64,000 nucleotides of DNA from an uncultured Candidatus Saccharibacteria bacterium (lineage in GTDB: Bacteria; Patescibacteriota; Saccharimonadia; CAILAD01; JADZBC01): the NCBI GenBank assembly GCA_964413715.1, contig CAYPSN010000001.1:10613-74612 (forward strand), in the 5' to 3' direction. Each line of letters opens with the position of its first letter. Position 1 is the stretch's first letter. A program made the position numbers and the translations under genes. A model generated the notes under the pieces. That model was not told the origin of the DNA. It ran no database searches and was given only the letters and a program-made list of their open reading frames with translations. Below are positions 49,688-57,330 of this stretch, piece by piece.

Positions 49688-50119
49688 CTAGCCGATCGGC
49701 TTGAGGCTCAGCCCGTGCTCGGCCAGCTTCTCCTTGACCAGGTCGAGGCTCTTCTGGCCGAAGTGCGTGATCGCGAGGAGGTCGTCCTCGGTCTTCTCGA
49801 CGAGCTGGCTGACGGTCTCGATCTGCGCACGACGTAGGTTGTTGCGGGTGCGGTCGACCTGGCTGTTGCCGGGGTCGGGGTGGCCGATGAGCTCCTCGAT
49901 GGTCATCTCCGGGGCCGGCCTCTGCCCGATGAACTCGATGCGCGACTTGTCGCCGATGAACTCGATGCTCGAGACCTGGGTCTCGATGCGCGCGCTGAGC
50001 TTGACGTCGGGGTAGTCCTCCGGGATGCGCAGGATGGCGGCCTTGGCCGCCAGGATCTGGTCCGTGGGGCCCGTCAAGACGAGCTCGGCGGAGATGCTGT
50101 TGGGTGCGGGGTCGGTCAT
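49688..50119 (-). CDS. Cassette ORF D: protein with a C-terminal RNA polymerase alpha-CTD-like domain
   Basis: RTRNNLRRAQIETVSQLVEKTEDDLLAITHFGQKSLDLVKEKLAEHGLSLK matches RpoA-CTD; AAAGAGG SD. Confidence 0.85.
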   Translation of the reverse strand: MTDPAPNSISAELVLTGPTDQILAAKAAILRIPEDYPDVKLSARIETQVSSIEFIGDKSRIEFIGQRPAPEMTIEELIGHPDPGNSQVDRTRNNLRRAQIETVSQLVEKTEDDLLAITHFGQKSLDLVKEKLAEHGLSLKPIG

Positions 50120-50182
50120 ATTTCCTCTTTCGTTGGGCGACCGGTTGCGTCCTTGTGGACGATTTTACAAGACGATTTTGCA

Positions 50183-50211
50183 ATATTAGCATAATTTTTA
50201 TTAATTGTCAA
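50183..50211 (-). promoter_or_regulatory. Sigma70 promoter of cassette D
   Basis: TTGACA-17 bp-TAATAT with extended TG. Confidence 0.75.
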
Positions 50212-50276
50212 TATTAGCTGACATTTTGTCGGCCGGCTACTTTCCGCTATACTAAACCTAAAGTAAAGGAGCCAGT

Positions 50277-51596
50277 ATGGCACGGGTAACACCACGCATT
50301 CTCAGCGGTTTTGTTGAGCTTCTGCCCGAGGATCAAATAAAGTTTAATAGTATGTTCGACACGATTCGTAGCGTATACGAAAGCTATGGCTATGCGCCGA
50401 TCGAGACTCCTGCAATCGAACTGGGCGAAGTTCTGCTGGCCAAGGCTGGTGGTGAGACCGAAAAACAGATTTACAAAATTGCTCGCGATAAAGACGACAA
50501 AGAGATGGCATTACACTTTGATCTGACTGTGCCACTGGCACGCTACGTGGCTCAACACGAAGGCGAGTTGGTTTTACCGTTTCGGCGCTATCAAATGCAA
50601 AAAGTCTGGCGTGGCGAACGCAGTCAGGCAGGACGATACAAGGAGTTCTACCAATGCGACATCGACGTCGTTGGCAGTAGTAATGTGCTTTATGACGCAG
50701 AAATGCCTGCTGTTATTTCGAGCGTGTTTCGCAAACTCAATGTTGGTGCGTTTACCATTCGCATTAATAACCGCAAGATACTCCAGGGCTACCTAGAAAG
50801 TATTGGTGCGCATCATATTTCGGCAGAAGTGCTGCGCGTCGTCGATAAGCTCGACAAAATCGGTGCCGCTAAAGTAAGTGATGAGCTGGTAGGGCTCGGT
50901 GTAACTAAAGACCAAACCAAGAACCTACTTGAATTTATCGCTACCAAGGGTAGTGTAGATGAACTTTTGGGTGCACTCGAGGCGCAACAAACTCAAAATA
51001 CTCGTTTTCGTGCTGGTTTGGCGGAACTTCGAGGGGTGATTGATGGCATTCGCCAACTCGGCGTGCCGGCAGATGACTACGCGATAGACCTTACGATTGC
51101 GCGCGGGCTAGACTATTACACCGGCACGGTATACGAAACGACACTTGATGATTTTCCTGGTGTTGGCAGTGTGTGCTCAGGCGGTCGCTATGATGATTTG
51201 GCAAGCTACTATACAAAGAGCAAATTACCTGGCGTGGGGATTTCAATTGGACTAACGCGATTGTTTATGCAACTTAAAGAGATTGGCTTGGTTGCCGAAG
51301 GCGCTCGCACGCCGAGCAAAGTTGCGATACTACCACTGAGTGAAGCGGCTGTACCGCGTGTACTCGAAACTGCTGCTGCATTGCGCAGCGCTGGGGTCTC
51401 TGCTTTAGCCCAGCTCGATGTGGGCCAGCCAAGCAAACAACTACGCTATGCGGACCGGCTTGGAGTAGCTTGGGCAATCGTAGTGGGCGAAGATGAGGTC
51501 GCCAATAAAAAACTAATTCTCAAAGACATGGCGACAGGCGCACAAGACACTATGGCAATAACCAAGGTGGTCAAAAAGCTTACGGCTGACAAATAA
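50277..51596 (+). CDS. hisS: Histidine--tRNA ligase
   Basis: DLTVPLARY, WRGERSQAGRYKEFYQCDID, RGLDYYTG, GGRYD. Confidence 0.95.
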   Translation: MARVTPRILSGFVELLPEDQIKFNSMFDTIRSVYESYGYAPIETPAIELGEVLLAKAGGETEKQIYKIARDKDDKEMALHFDLTVPLARYVAQHEGELVLPFRRYQMQKVWRGERSQAGRYKEFYQCDIDVVGSSNVLYDAEMPAVISSVFRKLNVGAFTIRINNRKILQGYLESIGAHHISAEVLRVVDKLDKIGAAKVSDELVGLGVTKDQTKNLLEFIATKGSVDELLGALEAQQTQNTRFRAGLAELRGVIDGIRQLGVPADDYAIDLTIARGLDYYTGTVYETTLDDFPGVGSVCSGGRYDDLASYYTKSKLPGVGISIGLTRLFMQLKEIGLVAEGARTPSKVAILPLSEAAVPRVLETAAALRSAGVSALAQLDVGQPSKQLRYADRLGVAWAIVVGEDEVANKKLILKDMATGAQDTMAITKVVKKLTADK

Positions 51597-51720
51597 GCTT
51601 AAAATTGTTATAATTATGCCTAACAACGAGTAGCGCGCTACACTTGCAGTTAATAAAATGCAAATAGATGTTAGCGCGGTTATTTTTGTCTAATATATTG
51701 AGTAACTATAAGGTGGTAGT

Positions 51721-53559
51721 ATGCAAGCCGCTCAAAAACCAGAAAACATTCGAAACATTGCCGTGATCGCCCACGTTGATCATGGTAAAACGACCATTGT
51801 AGACGGCCTGCTCAAGCAGTCTAAGACGTTTCGTGATAACCAGGCTGAAATGGCGCAAGAGCTCATCATGGACAGCGGTGATCAAGAAAAAGAGCGCGGT
51901 ATTACCATTACGGCCAAAGTTACTGCTGTGCAGCACGGGGATTACCGTATCAACATTATCGATACTCCGGGGCACGCTGACTTTTCTGGTGAGGTAGAAC
52001 GTACACTGAATATGGCCGATGGCTGCTTACTCATCGTAGACGCTCAAGAAGGCCCTATGCCGCAGACGAAGTTTGTACTCACTAAGGCTCTGGCCGGTGG
52101 TCTTAAGCCAATTGTAGTGATTAACAAGATTGATAAGCCGGGTAGCCGCATTGCCGAAGTGGAGGAAGAGCTGGCTGATTTGTTCCTCGAGCTAGCCGTA
52201 CACGAAGACCAACTGCACTATCCAGTGTATTATGCCATTGGTCGCGAAGGAAAAGCCTGGAAGGAAGCACCGAGCGATTCAAGTGCGGCGGGCGATTTGG
52301 AATGCATTTTTGAAGCAATCATTAGGGACGTGCCTGCTCCAAAGGTTGAGCTCGATGCACCATTCCAAATGCTCGTAACCGCTTTGGCCCATGATACCTA
52401 TAAGGGCAAATATGCAGTAGGCCGCATTAATCGTGGTTCGGTTAAAGCTGGCGATACAGTTTCGCTCTGCCAGAAAGACGGCAAAGTAACCAAAGCGCGC
52501 GTCGAAGCTGTGTTTATGAGCCATGGTGTGAGCAAATTTGAAGTGCCGGGCGGAATTGCTGGTGACATTGTGCAGCTTACAGGAATTGGCGCTGTGCAAA
52601 TTGGCGAGACGATCGCAGATGCCGAAAACCCCGAAGCCCTACCGGTACTCGAAGTAGAAGCCCCTACACTAAAAATTTACATTGGCCCAAATACGAGCCC
52701 ACTCAAAGGCTTGGAAGGTGAGTTTACGACTAGTCGTCAGATTGATGAGCGCTTGCATAAAGAGCTAGAAACGAACATTGGTTTGCGTGTCGAGGACGGT
52801 GGTCTTGGATTCTTGGTGTCCGGCCGTGGTGAACTTCACTTAAGCGTGTTGATTGAAACCCTGCGCCGCGAAGGCTTTGAGCTGGAAGTAGGTCGGCCAC
52901 AGGTTGTGACCAAAGAAGAAAATGGGCAGACCATGGAGCCGATTGAAGAACTAATCATTGAAGTACCTGCCGAGCATGTTGGTGCAGTGCAGATGGAACT
53001 AGGCGCGCGCCGCGCGACTCTAAAGGAGCAGTTTGCCAGCCCTAAGGGTGTAACGAAATTGGTGTACGAGCTGCCGACTCGTGTGTTGCTTGGTTTGCGC
53101 AACATACTGCTAACCAACACGAAGGGTACGGTGATTATGAATAGCCTTATGATTGGCTATCAGCCGCTTGGGCCAGCTATGCAGCAGCTTCGTAGCGGCG
53201 TACTCATCGCCTTTGAGGCCGGTACAACCACTCCGTATGCCCTGCAGACAGTGGAGCAGCGTGGTACGTGCTTTGTAGGACCGGGCGAAAAGGTTTATGC
53301 CGGCCAGATTATCGGACTCAATGCCCGTTCGGATGACATGGAAATAAACGTATGTAAGGAAAAGCACCTTACCAATATGCGTTCTAGCTCGAGCGATGGC
53401 GTTGTGCAATTAACTCCGCCAGTTATATTTAGTCTTGAGGAGTGCATCGACTTCATTGAAAACGATGAGTTGCTTGAAGTGACACCAAAGAACTTACGAC
53501 TTCGCAAGCGCGAGCTCGACCACAATATGCGCAAGCGCCAGAGCCAAAACCGCCGCTAG
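51721..53559 (+). CDS. typA: Translational GTPase TypA/BipA
   Basis: [46 protein letters not shown]. Confidence 0.95.
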   Translation: MQAAQKPENIRNIAVIAHVDHGKTTIVDGLLKQSKTFRDNQAEMAQELIMDSGDQEKERGITITAKVTAVQHGDYRINIIDTPGHADFSGEVERTLNMADGCLLIVDAQEGPMPQTKFVLTKALAGGLKPIVVINKIDKPGSRIAEVEEELADLFLELAVHEDQLHYPVYYAIGREGKAWKEAPSDSSAAGDLECIFEAIIRDVPAPKVELDAPFQMLVTALAHDTYKGKYAVGRINRGSVKAGDTVSLCQKDGKVTKARVEAVFMSHGVSKFEVPGGIAGDIVQLTGIGAVQIGETIADAENPEALPVLEVEAPTLKIYIGPNTSPLKGLEGEFTTSRQIDERLHKELETNIGLRVEDGGLGFLVSGRGELHLSVLIETLRREGFELEVGRPQVVTKEENGQTMEPIEELIIEVPAEHVGAVQMELGARRATLKEQFASPKGVTKLVYELPTRVLLGLRNILLTNTKGTVIMNSLMIGYQPLGPAMQQLRSGVLIAFEAGTTTPYALQTVEQRGTCFVGPGEKVYAGQIIGLNARSDDMEINVCKEKHLTNMRSSSSDGVVQLTPPVIFSLEECIDFIENDELLEVTPKNLRLRKRELDHNMRKRQSQNRR

Positions 53560-53590
53560 AGCCGTCTGAGCTTTGCTATAATAAGGCGTA

Positions 53591-55051
53591 ATGAAAGAAA
53601 CTAACCTCATTAATCAGGCGCGATTGCACTATGCTCCCGAGCAAGTAGAGCGCTTGCATTCGGCCGTTTCATTGGCTGCCAAGGCTCACGCTGGCCAAAA
53701 GCGCAAATCTGGCGAGGACTACATAACTCATCCACTCCACGTCGCTTCGCTTTTAATTGATTGGAAGCTCGATATTGATTCGGTTATTGCAGGTGTACTG
53801 CATGATGTTGTGGAAGACACAGGTGTAACGCTAAGCGAGATTGAAGAGGTCTTCGGTGAAGATGTGGCATTCTTGGTCGATGGCGTTACCAAGGTTGGCA
53901 AGGTGCGCAGTGGTATGCGGAGTATAGAGGAGTATCGCCCCGAAACGCGCGAAAACCTCAGTAAGCTGCTCATTGCAGTGGGGCAGGACTTGCGGGTAAT
54001 CATTATTAAACTCGCCGACCGATTGCATAATTTGCAGACTCTTAAGCACCTGAGTAAAGAAAAGCAACACAAAATTGCTCGCGAATCGCTCGACGTTTTT
54101 GCGCCCCTGGCTGACCGCATGGGCATGGGTCGTTTACGCGTGCAACTAGAAGAATTGGCTTTCTCATACCTAGAGCCAAGCGAGTATCAGGCCTTGCAAT
54201 CGGCTATTAAGAAACGCGTGCGGCAAGCACACAAGAACCTAGAAGTAGTGCGTGAGAAAGTCGAGCAGACATTTCGTCAGTCTGGCTTGCAGGCTCGGAT
54301 TGAGGGAAGAATTAAGAGTGTTTATTCGCTACATAAGAAGCTCAAGAAAGTAGCTGGTGATTTTGACGAAATTTATGATTTAATCGCTCTGCGCATTTTG
54401 GTTGAAGATGTCGAGGATTGCTACAGGGCGCTTGGTATTCTCCATGGGCTTTATCAGCCGTTGCCTACGCGCATAAAGGACTATATTTCTGTCCCTAAAT
54501 CGAATGGTTATCAATCACTGCACACCACTGTCATTACGCCAGAAGGCCAGGTGGTGGAGTTCCAGATTCGAACCGAGGAAATGCATGTACATGCCGAGCG
54601 CGGTTTAGCAGCTAGTTTTCATTACAACGAGCAAAAGCTTGCCAAAAACTACGCCCGTAAAGAAGCAGCCCATTTGCCGCGCAATATGCAATGGGTAGTG
54701 ACGCTGCAGGACGCTATTGCTTCGCTCGATAAGGACTCGTCGGCGTACGAAAAGCTCAAAGTTGATTTGTTTGCCGATAGAATCTTTACTTATTCGCCCA
54801 AGGGTGACATCTATGATCTGCCGGAGGGGGCTACAGCGCTGGACTTTGCTTTTGCCGTTCACTCCGATATTGGGCTGCATGCCCATGTAATACGTGTGAA
54901 TCATAAAATCGCTTCGTTCGACAAGCAGCTGCACAACGGCGATATCGTTGAAGTCATGACGCAGCGCAAAGCAAGGCCAAGCCTGGAGTGGGTAAAGTTC
55001 TTGCGGACCGACAAGGCTCGCAGCAAAGTACGTGCCTATTTACATAGGTAA
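53591..55051 (+). CDS. rel: RelA/SpoT homolog (HD + synthetase + TGS, no ACT domain)
   Basis: HDVVED, KLADRLHN, RIKS, NGYQSLHT, EFQIRT, DFAFAVH. Confidence 0.9.
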   Translation: MKETNLINQARLHYAPEQVERLHSAVSLAAKAHAGQKRKSGEDYITHPLHVASLLIDWKLDIDSVIAGVLHDVVEDTGVTLSEIEEVFGEDVAFLVDGVTKVGKVRSGMRSIEEYRPETRENLSKLLIAVGQDLRVIIIKLADRLHNLQTLKHLSKEKQHKIARESLDVFAPLADRMGMGRLRVQLEELAFSYLEPSEYQALQSAIKKRVRQAHKNLEVVREKVEQTFRQSGLQARIEGRIKSVYSLHKKLKKVAGDFDEIYDLIALRILVEDVEDCYRALGILHGLYQPLPTRIKDYISVPKSNGYQSLHTTVITPEGQVVEFQIRTEEMHVHAERGLAASFHYNEQKLAKNYARKEAAHLPRNMQWVVTLQDAIASLDKDSSAYEKLKVDLFADRIFTYSPKGDIYDLPEGATALDFAFAVHSDIGLHAHVIRVNHKIASFDKQLHNGDIVEVMTQRKARPSLEWVKFLRTDKARSKVRAYLHR

Positions 55052-55059
55052 TGATGTGA

Positions 55060-55293
55060 TTATTTTGTAGTTGGCTTTGGGCAGATAGTGTCGAGCTGAC
55101 TTTGGCTGGCATCTGGCTGAGAAGTTTGCGCACGCTTCAAGCAGGCTTTGTAGTCAGTATAGAGCTCCTTAAAGTTATTTGGCGATAGGAATACCAATGT
55201 AATGAAGAGTGCTGCCACCACCAGGCTCGCCTGGATGATGACGCAGACGTAGGCAATTGTTTTCCAGTCATGTTGGTTGGTTTTTTTCGACAT
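55060..55293 (-). CDS. Small hypothetical membrane protein
   Basis: 77 aa, one TM helix, two C-terminal Cys. Confidence 0.55.
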   Translation of the reverse strand: MSKKTNQHDWKTIAYVCVIIQASLVVAALFITLVFLSPNNFKELYTDYKACLKRAQTSQPDASQSQLDTICPKPTTK

Positions 55294-55321
55294 AGGGATT
55301 TATTCCAATTATAATATGCTT

Positions 55322-55756
55322 ATGCCAAAAACAGCAAAGCGCAAAACTAACTTACGCCAAGTAGAGGTTCGAATGGTTGATAGGGCCATGGGAATGGTGT
55401 CAATTATTGGTCCAGCCAGTGCTTCGCCTCAAGTTATCGAAATCTTTGCCAAACAAAGTGCCCAAGGCGTTTCGTTGCTGTCTTGGGTAATGTACTTGAT
55501 GCTTGGAGTGGTGTCGCTGTCATACGGTCTTTTTCATAAGCTCAAGCCTATTATTGTGAGCCAGGTATTGTGGTTAGTAATGGATATTGTTGTGATCGTT
55601 GGGATCTTAATGTACAGCCGCGGTGTGGTGCCGAGCGTGAGTTTTGATATGCTGGTATTGCTCAACACTATTGGTAAGGCCATGGTTATAGTGAGTTTTG
55701 GATTCGGCTTCGCAGCATTAGGGTCATATGTTGTTTTTCTGCGAGAGAAGTCGTAA
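55322..55756 (+). CDS. PQ-loop/SemiSWEET-like membrane protein
   Basis: SPQVIEIF..SAQGVSLLSW..YG pattern; start ATG 55322 with TATAAT 6 nt upstream. Confidence 0.7.
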   Translation: MPKTAKRKTNLRQVEVRMVDRAMGMVSIIGPASASPQVIEIFAKQSAQGVSLLSWVMYLMLGVVSLSYGLFHKLKPIIVSQVLWLVMDIVVIVGILMYSRGVVPSVSFDMLVLLNTIGKAMVIVSFGFGFAALGSYVVFLREKS

Positions 55757-55830
55757 AAACTGCTTGCAAACACTACCCATAGTGGTATTATAGATAGCAT
55801 AAACGCTATAAACAAAAAGGAGGGGTGAGG

Positions 55831-55974
55831 GTGAGTGATCAAGAAGGTACTGTAACGGCGCAAGAAACCGAGCAGGCAGAAAAACAAGCCGTTGAGTCGC
55901 ATGAGGACGACTTTCTAGCCGGCGTTCAGGCGGCCGATGCTGAAAGCTTCAACGTCTGTATTTCTTGCGACTAA
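55831..55974 (+). CDS. 47-aa acidic peptide ending in CISCD (not in the ORF track)
   Basis: AAGGAGG SD 7 nt before GTG; own promoter TTGCAA-16-TATTAT; downstream terminator. Confidence 0.7.
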   Translation: MSDQEGTVTAQETEQAEKQAVESHEDDFLAGVQAADAESFNVCISCD

Positions 55975-55991
55975 GTAGGATTGAACGCAAA

Positions 55992-56027
55992 ACAAACACC
56001 CCCTCGGGTTACCTTGGGGGTGTTTGT
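55992..56027. terminator. Bidirectional intrinsic terminator
   Basis: 12-bp stem ACAAACACCCCC/GGGGGTGTTTGT between convergent genes. Confidence 0.75.
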
Positions 56028-56046
56028 GTATAGCTGGCTTGCTGGT

Positions 56047-56622
56047 TTAGAGTAAGCCAAGCTTACGAGCACAGGCAGGCCATGGGCTCCAGCCTCGAGC
56101 GGCTTGAGTTTCACGCGCCTTGGCGTCCTGGACAGCTGGCGGGGCTAAGTGCGGATACGCATAGCCACCATAGTTGTTCCAGGTGCCAATGTTGTACTGG
56201 TAGGCACCGTAGTAACCGTTACCCGAGTTACGAGTATAGTCACCACCGGCCTCACAGAGGCGCAGTTGCTCCCAGACGTCACCTGACGCAACGCCAATCT
56301 TTTGATTGGACTGATTGTCGAGTACTGCCGAAGCCAGCTTAATCTGCACGGCCTGAGCAGCTGCTTGAGCCTCTGCCTGAGCCTTGGCGGCTTGAGCGGC
56401 TTTTAGCGGAGCCATAACTTCTTGGTCGAAGTCGGGCTTTTGTGCTACAAGCTCAACAGCCTGGAGTGAGTTTGTATTGATATTTAGATTGTAGGTGATT
56501 TTTGGCCTACTTACAGCTTGGGCCGAAGCTTCGGCTGTAGCGGTGGCAGGAATATGTAGGGGGTTTGCCACCTGGGTTGCGAATAGTACGGCGACTATAA
56601 GCGATTGGATGTGTCTATGCAT
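56047..56622 (-). CDS. Secreted Rpf-like (resuscitation-promoting factor) lytic transglycosylase
   Basis: Signal-like N-terminus, Ala/Gln linker, WEQLRLCEAGG..NSGNGYYGAYQY..TW..GWSPWPAC. Confidence 0.9.
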   Translation of the reverse strand: MHRHIQSLIVAVLFATQVANPLHIPATATAEASAQAVSRPKITYNLNINTNSLQAVELVAQKPDFDQEVMAPLKAAQAAKAQAEAQAAAQAVQIKLASAVLDNQSNQKIGVASGDVWEQLRLCEAGGDYTRNSGNGYYGAYQYNIGTWNNYGGYAYPHLAPPAVQDAKARETQAARGWSPWPACARKLGLL

Positions 56623-56778
56623 GTATCTAACAAGTAGATACCCTCCTAAACTACGTCCTTTTCCTAGTTAATGCTCCGCCCGAAATTCGGGCAAATGCAC
56701 ACTTGAGCTAGAAACAAAAACGACCTTATAAGATGATTCTTACTCGGTCGAAATATCTAAAATCAAGTGAACGTGTGA

Positions 56779-56807
56779 ATAATAGCATAACGTAAGCAGT
56801 TTGTCAA
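56779..56807 (-). promoter_or_regulatory. Sigma70 promoter of the Rpf-like gene
   Basis: TTGACA-17 bp-TATTAT with extended TG. Confidence 0.7.
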
Positions 56808-56854
56808 GCATTTTGGCGCACTTTTTGTTGCCAAAAGAATAAAGAAATTTTTGT

Positions 56855-57256
56855 AAAAAAGAGCCATCTACAGTATTTGAGATGGCAACGTGTCCTGGGG
56901 AGCGGGTGGAAGCTCCCCAGGACACGCGAGCGCAGCTACTGGTGTTTCCCCCTTGCAACACCAAGCGGCTCTGGGGCGATCTATATGTATAGAGGAGGGG
57001 CTGAGGGCCCGAAGCAGGAGGCCGTAGCCTGGTGCCCATCAGCGGGTGTAAAGCGCTATGGATGGGTGGGGCCTCTGCTCCGGGCCGACAGCTGCCGATT
57101 CTACGCTGAGTCGGCTGTCGCTGGTTTCCCCTGATACTCCTCGTGCCTATTGGCTTGGTCTCCACCAGCTTCAGAGCCTAGTCGGTTATCCGTCCCGCAG
57201 GTCGGGCCGCTAGCTACTTGGGGAAGCTTGTGAAACAAGGCCGGTTGGCTTGAGTT
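56855..57256 (-). ncRNA. Candidate ~400-nt structured non-coding RNA, class unassigned
   Basis: TTGACA-16-TAGAAT promoter (57263-57290), GC-rich body with many nested helices, 15-bp hairpin plus terminator with T-tract; no credible ORF. Confidence 0.6.
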
Positions 57257-57330
57257 GGTTTTATTCTACTCCGCCTATGCTTGTTGTCAACGCTTTTTTC
57301 GAGACCATTTGATTGCTATACTAATCAGGT

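Noticed and set aside
47972-50119. Alpha-CTD ORFs as rpoA or rpoA pseudogenes
   Set aside because: No alpha-NTD, not in the rpsM-rpsK-rpoA-rplQ context, and both are intact short ORFs with their own expression signals.
47649-50194. Overlapping alternative ORFs (47649-48041, 48009-48473, 48734-49156, 48934-49551, 49614-50192 and others)
   Set aside because: Shadow frames expected from high GC3; they cross repeats and promoters and lack SD or start context.
56740-57165. 141-aa minus-strand and 85-aa plus-strand ORFs over the structured region
   Set aside because: Pro/Arg/Gly-rich low-information translations with no SD; the minus-strand ORF runs through the terminator and the rpf promoter.
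57224-57239. parS site (GTGAAACA half match)
   Set aside because: Only one half of TGTTTCACGTGAAACA; not palindromic.
56855-57256. RNase P RNA, tmRNA or c-di-AMP (ydaO) riboswitch assignment
   Set aside because: No GAGGAAAGUCC/P4 motif; TCCACCA near 57161 has no T-arm or matching 5' end; ydaO motifs are not present in order, and rpf has its own promoter downstream.
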